Source: the human T2T-CHM13v2.0 reference genome, Homo sapiens. From it: a stretch of DNA of 64,000 nt. The DNA is taken from assembly GCF_009914755.1 (NCBI RefSeq), contig NC_060929.1, one strand, 5' to 3'. Positions 16,826-32,638 of the stretch are shown piece after piece; positions within the stretch are counted from its first letter, which is position 1, and every line of letters begins with the position of its first letter. The notes below the pieces were generated by a model that was not told the origin of the DNA, ran no database searches, and saw only the letters and a list, made by a program, of their open reading frames with translations. The translations under genes were made by a program, and so were the position numbers.

Positions 16826-16971
16826 CTCTTTCCAGCCAATTCAACCGAAGGAACCAGGAACTGAGGAGGAAGGAAGTAATTGACATTCAAAGCCTCTATT
16901 TTTAGACACCTTTACACTTCCCTTTGCTTCTAACTAGCAAGGATTTTTCCAAACAAGCTTTTAATTAGCAG
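16826..16971 (+). other. Candidate non-coding exon
   Basis: Branch-like tacttac (16786-16792), about 29-nt pyrimidine tract, TAG acceptor, CAG|GTGAGT donor; stops in all three frames. Confidence 0.35.
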
Positions 16972-17627
16972 GTGAGTTTAATTGATATGTGGGTTTCTCA
17001 GAAGGGGAAAGGACTTCAGTGTGGAGAAGGAGGGAGGAGGAAACTCCATCACTCTCACTCACAATAGAAGGACCATTAATTCATTTGCACCTGGATGTTT
17101 TAAAGGATCAATTTACTGTAGCAAAGAAAGAAGGCAGAGAATCAAAAGGTTGGAATCTGTCAGACAAGAACAGAGGCACTATAATTTAACATGCTAGGTG
17201 GATGATTTAGAACTTGGAAAAATATTGCTACCAACGTCCAAATACAGAAACTAACCTATTTGCATATAGTCAGGTTCTGTCCAAGTGCTGAGAAAAGAGC
17301 CATGTTTCAAAACCAACGAAGTTAATTTTTAAAAAAATTTTAGTCTGCAGAAAAGTTAAAAAAATACATATTAAAATCACTGTTATTGATCTTAAAGGGG
17401 GAGTGCTTCATTAATGTACCTAAATGGTGATTTTAACTCACGAAGACGTTTTAAAAGTTTCATCCAAAGTAAATAGTCTGCTTTCTTGTCGGGGGAAGAG
17501 AAGGTGGATATTCTGTGTCCAGTTTTGCAAAATGAGTGCTTGCGGGAACCATATGAAGGTATATACATCATGAATCAGAAAACCATTGGTTGCATGCAAT
17601 AGAGAAAAATACTGACTAAGGAAAGCA

Positions 17628-17830
17628 GAAAACCGAAAGAATAAAACATATTGGCTATCTTCACAATCACATGAATGGCTGAGTAATCAGGCCTCACAAA
17701 AAGGTAAGAATTAACGCAGCTCTGAAATCTAGAAAACAGAAACCAGTAGAGAATCCCCTGAGGCATCAGCATCAGAATGACTCAGCACTTACCATTTTAT
17801 TTCCTACTGTTATTTAGATGGAAATCCCCA
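17628..17830. promoter_or_regulatory. Candidate enhancer: IRF, AP-1/ARE and NF-kB motif cluster
   Basis: gaaaaccgaaag (17628-17639), gctgagtaat (17678-17687), atgactcagca (17777-17787), tggaaatcccc-like site near 17820, in repeat-free DNA. Confidence 0.4.
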
Positions 17831-19339
17831 ATTCCCAGATCTGACTGGTCTAGCTTGATTCATACAACCATTCATTGACAAAGGAGGTAACATTCTTCAG
17901 TCCTACCGATAGTTGGTGGGGGAGAAATCGTTCAAGTAAAAAATTTCAGAAAGCTGATGCACATTTTGATCTACTCTAAAGCTATATATATGTGTATAAA
18001 CACATGCATATAACATATAACCTACACATGTATATGCAGGTATATACGTCGTTACAAAATTGTAGTTATCAAATTTTTGTCCGCTATTCCAGCACCCATG
18101 CTTCCTGCCTGTTGTAGTGTGATTACAGGTGTTGAATGGGCATGGTGAAGCCTTGTGCACACAAGCACTGTTAAAGTGCAGATTCTCCATCAGCCACAGT
18201 GGAAGTCTGTGTTCCAGAGGAAGAAAATTCTCATTCGACTCCCTGCAGCTAGGATCCGTAAAAAAAAAATGGCTGCACTTTCACCCTTTAAGATGCCTTT
18301 TCAGATTATTTGATATTTATTCTTTAAAAAGCCTTAAATAACAGCTTGGACCCTGCTGAGTTCACCATAGAACTGTCTGAGACCTGTATTTATTAGGCAA
18401 ATGGTAGTTACATGGAATACAGCGTCCTAAGAGAGAAGCAGGTTACATCAACATCTCCTACCCCTAAATTTCTGCTTCATGATGGGCCCAAACCAAGACA
18501 CTTAGTATTATTCCAATAGAGAGTCATTCTTTGTTTGTAGTAGGAAGGGATAATTTATTATTTAAGAATGATCCACCCTCTTCAGGATAAATTTCGGGGA
18601 TTCTTAATACTTATCTTGAAAACTGAATTTGTTTTCTTTATTAGGAAAAAGAAGAGTGAGAATGTTTTGAAAAACTATTGCCTGACCTTATGGTTAATCC
18701 TAGTGTTTTCTGGTGGAAATGCATTTCTGTCTTGGGCATAATATTTAAATCCATAAATTGGGTAACTTGGCTTACGTATAGGCACTTTGGATATTTGTAA
18801 GAGAAACCTGAAGAGAATATCATATCCAATTACAGTTCTGCCTTGTATGATTTGTGGTCTTTTATATCCTTCTCTAGAATGTTATCAATGCAAGCTCTCA
18901 CAGCAAGCAGCTACCCGAGTGTAGTGTGTGCCGACGATAGGAAAGTAATGAAAATAAGAACCCTTGAATGCTGTAATTGGTGATCCAACCTCCTAGACTA
19001 CTGAAAATTAATTGGCCAGATGTTCCCTACCCAACCGTAATGGGGGATAATGTAGGAGACTGAGTTTTCAACCTTCCCCAGGTGTGCACATTTGAGCAGA
19101 GAAAAGTGATTATGAGTGACATGCTGACAGGTGCAGTGCCCATGTTCCACAGTGCCCTTGTGTATCTGTTATATATTTAGGATTTTTCCCCAGAGGCACT
19201 TCAGCAATATGAAAATAGACCAGGAACAAAACCAAAAGACCCTTAAGATAGAAAAAAAGCTTGGAAGTTGTGAATATTATATTATGGATATATTAATTGT
19301 ATTATTATTTTAGGTTACATCTATTCCCGTCACTGTTAG

Positions 19340-19540
19340 CTGTTACTATGTTTATGTGCCAAACACTGTATTAAGCAATTTTAGAGGTGGCTTCTTATAT
19401 CATCTCTATTTTTTAGATGTATCAACTGATGTTCAGAGAGATAGAGTCAATCTGTCACAATTACACAGAAAGTAAGAGAGTAGATCTTGAGGCTCTAATA
19501 TCAGAGCTCGTGAGCCTTATCTACTAAGCTATATAGTCTC
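19340..19540 (-). mobile_element. MIR
   Basis: tatgtgccaaacactgtattaagca...tagatg...aactgatgttcagagag. Confidence 0.6.
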
Positions 19541-19594
19541 CAAAAGAGCAGATTTTTTCACCTCTCCAAGCCACAGTCGCTTTGGTAAGTCCAT

Positions 19595-19790
19595 TGCTTG
19601 TATTATCTCATTTAATTCTTACAACTACCAAGAGAGTTACAAATTACTTTCCCCATTTCACAAAACAAGACACAGATGTTAGAAGAGTATGATGAACTTG
19701 ACCAAGGTCACATGCTACTACAGAACAGAGAGGGTGCTCAAATCTAGTTTTCTCTGACTCCAAAGCCCAGGTCTTAATCACAATGAAGCA
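19595..19790 (-). mobile_element. MIR
   Basis: tattatctcatttaattcttacaac...ccccattt...aacttgaccaaggtcaca...tctgactccaaagcc. Confidence 0.8.
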
Positions 19791-20804
19791 GTGCTACAGA
19801 AAGGATTTTTTTTATATGAAAATATAGCATCATTGCTTTAAGTCTGACTTTTAAAATTGTCCTTATTCACATGCTGACATTCACAACAAAAACAATTAGG
19901 TCTCCATCTTCTCCTATGCAACATTTCCTTTTCTTCAGTTTTGAATGGAGCCCAAAGCACCCCCTGATTAGACCATGAAATTGCCCTCAAGAACTATTTA
20001 GAAAGAAAATGTTGTTCTTCTAATAAAACAGCACAGCTGTCTCAAAGAGCTTTTAATCCATCTTTTTAAAAGATGTGGACTTTCTAAAATAATGTCGCCC
20101 CCATTTGTCTTCTATGAAAGAAGATATTTCAAAACTAGGAACACCTATCATAATAAACCATTAAGATGACTCTAGCATTTCAGTGTATTTTTAGAATTTC
20201 ATATTTCACCAAATGTTGTTATATATAATTCATGTAGTGGGATATGATGGGATTTGACAGTTATCTCATTTGTGAAGAAGGACCAAATAACTCATTGTCC
20301 CACATCCACAAAATAAATTATTCTTGTCCCCAAGCATGAGACTTTGTTAGTTTCCTCACCTTAATGGATTTTGTTTTCTACATAATACTTTTTGCAGAAG
20401 ACTATGACCCTAAACATATATTGGGCTATTGTGAGAGAATGAAATTTCTGAAAATTAGCCTCATAGATCTAAAAATGAAGCATTAACAAAATAGTCTCTA
20501 CTTCTAGAAGTAAAAAGAGACCCCAAGTGAAAATTGTTTCATAGGATTTCATTCAGTGTTTCTGTCACTTGTCAAACATGTGAAGAAAAAGCTTAAGTTT
20601 TTCCTGCTCTGTGAGTGGATACCATCTGTTTTACCTCAAGAAGGGTCTAGAGTTCTACTCTTCTTCATTTCCTCAATTTCAAAGTGTCCCACATTGGATT
20701 CTAACATTACAATGCTATAGTTGACTCTAGAATTTTCCAAAAATTAGATGCGTAGGTCTGAGTGTAATGCTTTGGTCCACAAGACATTTAAAAAGCATAC
20801 ATGA

Positions 20805-21115
20805 GGCTGGGCACGGTGGCTCACACCTGTAATCCCAGCACTTTGGGAGGCCGAGGCAGGTGGATCACAAGGTCAAGAGATCGAGACCATCCTGGCTAAC
20901 ATGGTGAAATCTCATCTCTACTAAAAATACAAAAAAAAAAAAAAAAAAAAAAGCTGGGCATGGTGGCACAGGCCTGTAGTCCCACGTACTCAAGAGGCTG
21001 ATGCACGAGAATCACTTGAACCCAGGAGGCGGAGGCTGCAGTGAGCAGAGATCACGCCACTGCACTGCACTCCAGCCTGGGTGACAGTGTGAGACTCCAT
21101 CTCAAAAAAAAAAAA
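20805..21115 (+). mobile_element. Alu (AluSc-like)
   Basis: Sense dimer, expanded middle A-tract, poly-A. Confidence 0.95.
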
Positions 21116-22471
21116 GGTATACATAAATATAATTAAATGAAAATTTTTCCTAATTAAATTACATCAATATGTTGCATATATGCCTCACTGAATTTTGACT
21201 ATGTTTTCACATTTTGTTCTTCATAATCATGCATATTTCTTACGGCTTTTAATTTTACCTGGTGTGAATAATAGTTTATGGTATCCTAGTTGATCAACTT
21301 CCTCGGGGACAGATGTTTCCTATTCTTTTTATTCTCAATTTATTGGCTATTCATAAAAACACTCGGTAACTCTTTTTCAAATTGAAGTAAGATTACCTTA
21401 ATGCTGTTTGAGAAACAGAAACAGTCCTGAGTTGACTCCTTAAGGGTAAAGGTGAATTGTAGAAGGAGAAGGTGGCCAGTAAGGAAGCATTTGGAGGGAA
21501 TACTGACTTGCAACTTCACTGTTTTTATTCTTGGAAAGTTTTCCATGGGAAATTGTGTCATAATACATTTTTTATGTCTCATAATAAAATGTTTAATGTC
21601 TCATAAAAAAATCTAAGCAGGTATTTATAGGATGACTAAAGGTACATATTCATATTTTGATCATAAACAGTCAATATATACTATATAAGTATACATAGAG
21701 TATATATAGAGCACTTAAATTTACAATTATATATGTTTAAGCTAGCACAAAATGACTTACTTGGTCAAGACATCACATATTTATACATTTATTATTGTAC
21801 TTATATATCATAATCCAGTTATAATAGGTAGATATTTATAGCACGTGTATGTATTCCATTTACTAAAAGGATGTGTGTGTGTGTGTGTATGTGTGCAAAT
21901 AACACTTGTGGCATCAGGAAGCATGGATAACTTAGCTCTAACCTTTTCTGAGGATATATATATGGCAGAGGCGAAAAACATATCTAGGTATCAGCAATAA
22001 CCACATCTCAGCTGGGCTTCCTGGATTTCAATATCATCTGAGTGCAAAGCTAATAGTAATTCCAAAAGTTAGATGGCCACTGGCCTCCCCTAACAGTGCC
22101 CCAGAAGGTGTTTTTTAAAGCCCACTGCAATTGAGAGTTTTCAAGAGGTGAGAGGATCCTAGTAATATCTTTTTAATAACACTTGTGAGACAGTCAAATT
22201 GTAAACCACTAGGCCATTTTGCTTTAATTTTGGTTCATTTTCAGTAATCAGGTGATTAGTAGAAATATACAAGCAGGGATTCTTCAACAGATTCCACGAA
22301 GTGTGATTGTTTACTTGGACCTGCAGTAGTCCACAGAATTCTCCTGCTTACGGCGTTCAAAATTTAACATCAAGAGTGAAAGGTGGAACATTTCACAGAT
22401 AGGATTAGAGGAAGACCCATAATCAAAGCACTTCAGGCAGAATGGCGAGGATGCTGAACACATTTTGTGTA

Positions 22472-22760
22472 TTTTTTTTTGAAACTGAGTCTCACACTGT
22501 TGCCCAGGTTGGAGTGCAATGGCGCCATCTCAGCTCACTGCAACCTCCGCCTTCCAGGTTCAGCGATTCTCCTAACTCAGCCTCCCTAATAGCTGGGATT
22601 ACAGGTGTCCACCACCATGCCTGGCTAATTTTTTGTATTTTTAGTAGAGATGGGGTTTCACTATGTTGACCAGGCTGGTCTTGAACGCCTGACCTCATCA
22701 TCCACCTGCCTCGGCCTCCCAAAGTGCTGGGATTACAGGCGTGAGTGACCACGCCTGGCC
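22472..22760 (-). mobile_element. Alu (AluS-like)
   Basis: Antisense dimer; TSD cacattttgtgtat. Confidence 0.95.
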
Positions 22761-22809
22761 CACATTTTGTGTATCTTTGAAGCACTGATTCCTCTAGCAG
22801 GTATGTTAT

Positions 22810-22935
22810 ATCCTTCAGGTCCTTTAACTCTTATAGTCATCCTTTGAGGTAAACTGGTTGTCTCCTGTTTCCAGGCAAGGAAACTGAAATTCAGAGTGAT
22901 TGAGTGACTTGCCAATACATTTACTGCTAGGAAGA
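22810..22935 (-). mobile_element. MIR
   Basis: ggaaactgaaattcagagtgattgagtgacttgcc. Confidence 0.7.
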
Positions 22936-23169
22936 CTTTCTATCACCATCAGAGTTGGAGACGAGCATCCCTGTAATGTAATCACTAGTTTACTATATCC
23001 CCGCTCCTCGAACTTAAGCTCCATGAGGACTAGGAATTTGTTTATATTATTAATTATTGTATTTCCAAAGCTTGGTACATTCATGACATCTATGCAACAA
23101 ATATTTATTGAGTGCACAACATATGCTGAACACTAAAAAAAAAAAAAAAACTAAAAGCAAACAATACTG

Positions 23170-24435
23170 GAGAAAGGCAAATCATAAGATAAAAACAATG
23201 TAAAAATGTATAGAATGTTAGATGGAGAAAGGCACTAGGGAAGGGGTAAGGAGAGAGTGGCTAGGGAAGTCCTTGCTGAGAAAGTGACAGTAGAACCAAG
23301 ACCTGGCGGAGGGAGGCAAAGTGGGGAGCTCTGAGGACAGATCAAAGCGAAAAGCATCCCAGGCGGAGGGCACAGCCAGTTTGTAGGTATGAGATGGAAA
23401 TGAACCTGGCATGTCTGAGTATAGCAAGGAAGCCAGTGTGGCTGGGGAGGAATGAATTAGAGGAGAGTAGTAGGGTATGCAATCAGACAAGCAGTGGGTG
23501 GAAGAGAGGGAAGAAGACCTTCTAGGCCCTTATAGGCCAATATATGACCCTGGCTTTGGGGAATGAGAAGCCAATGAAGAGTTCGAACAAAAGGACAACA
23601 TGACTTGATTTACCTCTTTGTAAGATGATCACATTACCACATTGAGAAGACACTTAAAGAGGTCAAAAACAGAACCAGGAGGAGGGAAGTTTGGAAAGTA
23701 TTGAAAGAATTCAGACATACACAATCACATTCAGCTTAAATGAGGTGGAGAAACAGTGAAGGTGGTAGGATGTAGTGAGCTGGGCTGGGGGCGGTGGCTC
23801 ACGCCTGTAATCCCAGCACTTTGGGAGGCTGAGGCGGGTGGATCACGAGGTCAGCAGATCGAGGCCAACATGGTGAAACCCCGTCTCTACTAAAAAATAC
23901 ACAATTTAGCTGGGTGTGGTGGTGCGCACCTGTAATCCCAGCTACTCGGGAGGCTGAGGCAGAAGAATCACTTGAACTGGGGAGGCAGAGGTTTCAGTGA
24001 GCCGAGATTGTGCCACTGCACTCCAGCCTGGCGTCAGAACGAGACTCCACCTCAAAAAAAAAAAAAAAAGTATTGAGCTTCTGGATATATTCTGAAAGTA
24101 AAGCTCACAACATGGTGTTTGATGTGGGGCATGAGTGTGCTAGGCAAGTCAGGGGCGACCTGAGGTTTTTGGCCTAAGAAAGTGGAAAGATGGAGGCACC
24201 ATCAACTGCAACACAATATGTTTTGGGGGAAAGATCTAATGTTGAGTCTGGGGCATGACACATTTGAGATGCCTATTAGACCCCCTACCTGAGATCCTAG
24301 GTTGGCTATTAGATAGCGGAGCCTTCTAGAGTCCATGGGAGAGTTTGGAGCTTGGGATATAAATATGATGTCATTAGTGTAGAGAGAGTATCCAAAGCAC
24401 GGGACTGGGTGAAATCTCCACGGGAATGAGTGAAA
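23170..24435 (-). mobile_element. L2 (L2a-like) interrupted by Alu
   Basis: gagaaagtgaca, gcatcccaggcggagggcacagc, gcaaggaagccagtgtggctgg, tttgagatgcctattagac. Confidence 0.85.
23782..24069 (+). mobile_element. Alu (AluSc-like)
   Basis: Sense dimer; TSD gtagtgagct/gtattgagct. Confidence 0.95.
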
Positions 24436-24858
24436 GTCTAATTCCTAGTGGAAACTTTTAAATGATCTGTAAATGAATAAATGAATACATGCAACAAAGG
24501 TAAGATTGGAAGAAACCTAGTTTGTTTAATAGCAGAGCTGGGTGTAGATCAAAGTTTTTACTTGTCATCAACAGAAAGTCTCCCTGGCTATTTCAAACAA
24601 CCCCCCTGAAAAACAGCAAGAAATATTTATTTTAAAAAGATATTGAGGAACTCACAGAATATTGTTTTGAAAACTAGAAACCAGGCTTAAATGCTACATA
24701 ATCAGAAACAAGACCTACAATTACTACACAGGCATTTTGAAAAATAGCAACATGTCAGCTTTAGCCACAGAATGAGAATGATGATGGTCATCGTGATAGT
24801 TGAAATTAAGGAAAAGGGGATCATTTTTAATGGACACCTACTATGTGATAGATAATGA

Positions 24859-25163
<305 letters not shown>

Positions 25164-25274
25164 AGATAATGATTTTTAATCATGATGGATAATTCATTTT
25201 AATGAATGCCTACTATGTTACTATGTAGCTCATTTAATTCTCACACCTCTTTGTGAAATGTGTATTTTTATCAT

Positions 25275-25574
25275 TATTATTTTGAGATAGGGTCTTGCTT
25301 TGTCACCCAGGCTGAAGTGCAATGGCACAATTACAGCTCACTGCAGCCTCCACTTCCCAGGCTCAGGTGATCCTTCAACCTCAGCCTCCTAAGTAGCTGG
25401 GACTATAGCTATATGCCACCATGCCTGGCTAATGTTTTTTAAAAAATGTTTGTACAGATGTGGCGGGTCTCACTACATTACCAAGGCTGGTCTTGAACTC
25501 CTGAGCTCAAGCAGTCTTCCCTCCTCGGCCTCTAAAAGTGCAGGATTATAGGTGTGAGCCACCATGCTCAGCTG
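25275..25574 (-). mobile_element. AluJ inserted in a MIR
   Basis: gggtcttgctt, cactgcagcctc, ctgagctcaagcagtc AluJ diagnostics; antisense MIR flanks 25200-25270 and 25578-25690. Confidence 0.9.
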
Positions 25575-25805
25575 TGATATTATTACTCTCACTTTATAGA
25601 TAAAGAAACTGAGGATCAGAGGGGATAAGTCAGTCTTCCATGTCACGCAGACGGTGGGCACCAGATTTGCTTCATTCCATTTTACCAGATTGCCTTCCCA
25701 AAGCAAAAATAGGCTCAGCATTTCATAAAAAGCCTCATTTTTTCCCCCGGAACATGAAGTAGGCAGGGCTGATGGTTTATTCCTGTTTAATAAAAAGGAA
25801 AACGA

Positions 25806-26074
25806 GGCCGGGCGCGGTGGCTCACGCCTGTAATCCCAGCACTTCGGAAGGCCGAGGCGGGCGGATCACGAGGTCAGGAGATGGAGACCATCCTAGCTAA
25901 CACGGTGAAACTCGGTCTCTACTAAAAATCTAAAAAAATTAGCCTGTAGTCCCAGCTACTCGGGAGGCCGAGGCAGGAGAATGGCGTGAATCCGGGAGGC
26001 GGAGCTTGCATTGAACCCAAATCGCGCCAGTTCACTCCAGCCTGGGCGACAGAGTGAGACTCCGTCTCAAAAAA

Positions 26075-26110
<36 letters not shown>
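25806..26110 (+). mobile_element. AluY-like with short internal deletion
   Basis: CpG-rich; aaaattagcctgtagtccc lacks start of right arm; (AAAT)n tail. Confidence 0.95.
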
Positions 26111-27288
26111 ACATAAAAACACGAAAGTTATGAAAGTTAAATAACCTGGCCACCTCGACAATCTCTAAAAGCAGATGAGATATGAGATTTAACTCACTGT
26201 CTCAGTGTGACTTAGTGCTCTCGCCACCACTCGGAACTGAGTTTAGCAAAACTAATGCTGGTGTTAATGAAAACATCTTAACTTTATTCTTTTGGAAAGG
26301 GTCTTTACAGTTTATTGATTACCTTCAATCACTGAAATATGTGAATATACTAAACACCTATATTTATTGATTGTACAGTTGGAGTTCTTTGACAATCTAA
26401 TGGTATCTCTTTATGTATTTCCGCCCGACTTAAATCCTAATTGTGATAGCATTTTCCCCAAGTAACACACAATTGCTAATAATTTTCACTTTTCACTTGA
26501 TTTTTATTTGATTTTTTTTTCCTTAGTTGCTTTCTCCCTTCCGTCAAACCACTCGTTTGGAAACAAGGAACTATCTCCCCTCACTCAGTTTCTCTCATTC
26601 TGATGTAGACAATCAATCTCTCTTGTCAATACCATATTTCTCTGCCCACTTTGTCATTTATTGTTGTATTGGATTGCCTTTCACTTTATTTCTGTGGTCC
26701 TTTTTCTTTTGAATCTTTAAAAATTTATTTCTCCCAACTGAATCATTTCAGTTCTGAGGAATGAGATTTTACGTGCTTTTTCTCCCTCAACATGTTATGT
26801 TTATCATGAGATTAACATCTTTATTTTTTGGCTCTGAAGACTCTTGAACATTCTCTCCCGGTCATTTTTATTTTCTTTCTTGCTTTTGTGGCTCTATGTT
26901 GTTAACAGTTCTTCATGGCCTGCTCTCCACCTATCTTTTGGTTTGCCCTGTTTTCCTACATCAGCTTCTTGGGAGGTTTTATTCTTCAATTTTTTTACAT
27001 GATGATATCACAAATCTTTGCTACCAGGTACAGTCAAAGAATTATAACTCCTCTGGTCTGTTCCACTCTCTGCACATGTTTATTAGTAAGCGGATAGTAT
27101 TGGAAGAGTTTCCAATCTTATACTCTGCTTGTCCAGAGCTTATATTTATTTTTAAAAAGTACTTCAATCTAAAAGAAACTATATCTCAAAATAAGATTCA
27201 GGTTTATTCGCTGCTATTCGAGTGGTGTTTGCAACCCACAACCCATACCCATATTCTTCTGAGTAATTGCTTTGTACAGAGATGTTTT

Positions 27289-27600
<312 letters not shown>

Positions 27601-27694
27601 TTAACTTTTGACTAATATTTTAAAAATTAAAAGTATAATAAGTGGATCTAGTAAACATCTTAATAGTATCAAGAAAATTAGGGCAGCAGTTGCC

Positions 27695-27832
27695 TATGGT
27701 GTACAGAGTTGAGCTTTGGAGGTAGACATGAGTTTGAATCCTGGTTTCACCTTTTTCCAGCATGTGATCTTCAGATACATTAATTCACTTTCCTCAGTCT
27801 TAAGTTCCTCTTTCCTTAAAAATCGGGATAAT
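27695..27832 (+). mobile_element. MIR (continues after Alu to about 28185)
   Basis: gctttggaggtagaca..gtttgaatcctgg...tgtgatctt...aagttcctc. Confidence 0.75.
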
Positions 27833-27833
27833 G

Positions 27834-28578
<745 letters not shown>

Positions 28579-29157
28579 CCTTCTATAAATATTTTTATTC
28601 AGCAGCTAACACACTGTACATTCGTCATAGCTCTTAGCTATTGTTTTTACTATTTTATATAGAATGTCACTATTTCTTTTTTTTTTTTTTTTTTTTAATT
28701 TGGACCAAGAGTTTACTTAACTTCATGGAGTATTTAATGGTGGAGATAAGACACAATTCCTTATTCCTTATATGAGCCCTCTGCAGATGACATCCTCAAT
28801 AATGTTAGCTAAAATTAGCTAGTTAAGAGTACTACACAAGCAAGATTACCATAAATTAAGGCTTCAGGAAAATTAAACTCTAACTCTGAAAGTATTTGCC
28901 CACCTAGTCAATTCCATCTACATCCGAAACCTTTATTTTTCAGCCTGGCCTCCCTCTTGAGAGTTGCTGTTTTTCTGGATAACTGAAATTTGACATAGGC
29001 AATTACTTCAACTTCTACACGTCAAAACATCTCAGGCCAGTCACCAGCCAAAGCAATGCTCGACTACATTTTCTAATATATGTCAGTGGATCCCATTATT
29101 TTCCTAAGTCCCTAAGCCATCCTGTAGACTATCATGCAATCATTTATTCAGTCATGA

Positions 29158-29653
<496 letters not shown>

Positions 29654-30477
29654 TTATTCTGCAGGTTTGTATATATAACAATCACATGAGATACATCTTC
29701 CCCATTCTGTAGATTATGAGAGATGTAAATGATTTTTGTGGGTAATTTCACCTATCTTTGATTTCTGCCTTACATGCTACTTTACAAGGTAAGCACTGTT
29801 TAATTTGGGACTCCATAGTCCCATTTCTCAACCACTTAGGTGGCCATTTACTACCTAAAGAATAAATCTTGAGTTTTTAAATCTCTTATGCAATTCTTCA
29901 ACCTCATCTTTTATCCCTCTACGGACCCTCAAGTGCAGCGCATCAGGCCTGCTTACTTTCCTGTGTTACAGACAGTGTTTCTGCTTTGAAACTTTGCCCC
30001 ATCCCCTTTATCTGCAATCATCTCCCTCCATTTCCACCTAGAGAAATCCTACCTATCTAGTAACTTTCAGTTAATCACCCACAGCTGGAAATAGGCTCGC
30101 TTTCCTCTGAACTGTAACACTTGGCTTCTAACAGACTTTTATGCCTTATCCCCACCATGTTCACCGTAGAAAAATGAGCAATGCAGAGAAACAAGAAAGG
30201 TAGGGATAAAAAAGAGAAAAAAAAGACTCATTATCTCACCCCCAGAGACAACCACCATGAATGTTCAAGAATATGCCTTTCTTGATGTTTCTTCTTTTCA
30301 TATACATCATCGTCTTCCTTGTCATAATTAAAAGAAGAAAAGTAGAAAATGCTATCATTATTTTCTCAGGTGCCAGATACTATGTTAAGATTTTACAACC
30401 ATTATATTCTTTAATCTTCACAACTACTGTATGAGTATTTTATTTTTATCTTCATTTGATAGAAAAAGAAACCCAGA

Positions 30478-30796
<319 letters not shown>

Positions 30797-31125
30797 ACCT
30801 CGAGCTTAGAATGTTAGGCTAGTTTCCCAAGGTAACAAACCTACAGAGGTAGAAACTGGTAGAGTCCACGTTTGCTTTACTTCCTAGTCGTCAACCTTAA
30901 CTGCAACACAATGCTGCCTGTATGTGTGTCTGTGTAGGTGTTTGTGTGCATGTGTATGCTATTAGATAGAATTATAACAAAATTATTTTTCCTCATATAT
31001 AAAAAAATAAAAACTTTAAGAAGACAATGGAAAAATGAAATCTCTAAGACTGCAAGCCAAATTCTATATTAAAGTGTCCCTCTGAAAGGACAGACTCAAA
31101 ATTACTCATAAGAATAATGATTACG

Positions 31126-31443
<318 letters not shown>

Positions 31444-31459
31444 TTACATATATATGATA

Positions 31460-31625
31460 TATATGATGCTTACCACCTGCTAGGCAGTATTTTGAGTTCA
31501 CTAACTCATGTAGCTTTCACAATAACTTTGTGGGAGAAGTACTATACCTGTCACTATTTTACAAATGTGCAAACTGAGAAACAGACAAGGGAAGTGACCC
31601 GCCCAAGGTCACAAGGCTATTGTGA
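31460..31625 (-). mobile_element. MIR
   Basis: ttttacaaatgtgcaaactgag...gaagtgacccgcccaaggtcaca. Confidence 0.75.
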
Positions 31626-32122
31626 CGCCTCAGCCTACAGGAGAACATGACACTTTTCTATGTAGGACAATGATGTATATTTAACTTCCACCTTCTCACC
31701 TTCTGTCTTTGTACCGTTTATAACCACAGTGTACTTACCTTGGCTGTAACATGATATTTAATATGTAATCAGCAACTCAAATTTGGGATGATTCTTGAGC
31801 CAGTTTTGTTTGCAGAAGCAGGGCACTAACTTTAATTAACTTTAACTAGAACCGCTTGTAGCTCCATGTGAAAAGAGACACAAAAAGGCCCATTAACTCT
31901 GAACATCATTTCCGTGTTTCTGCTCCGTATGCCCTCAAGATAGTACTTTTTCCCTGCTGTTCCTTGATTTTTGCCTCTTTTTTTCATTTTTTAAAATGGA
32001 TTAGCACAGGGTGTTAGTGCAAAATTAGTCATGTATTTACTATAGCCTTTTAGTTCACCTAAACACATTATTTCTGAGAAAATGGTAGAGAACTTTGAGG
32101 AATATTCTATTTTAATGGTTGA

Positions 32123-32638
<516 letters not shown>

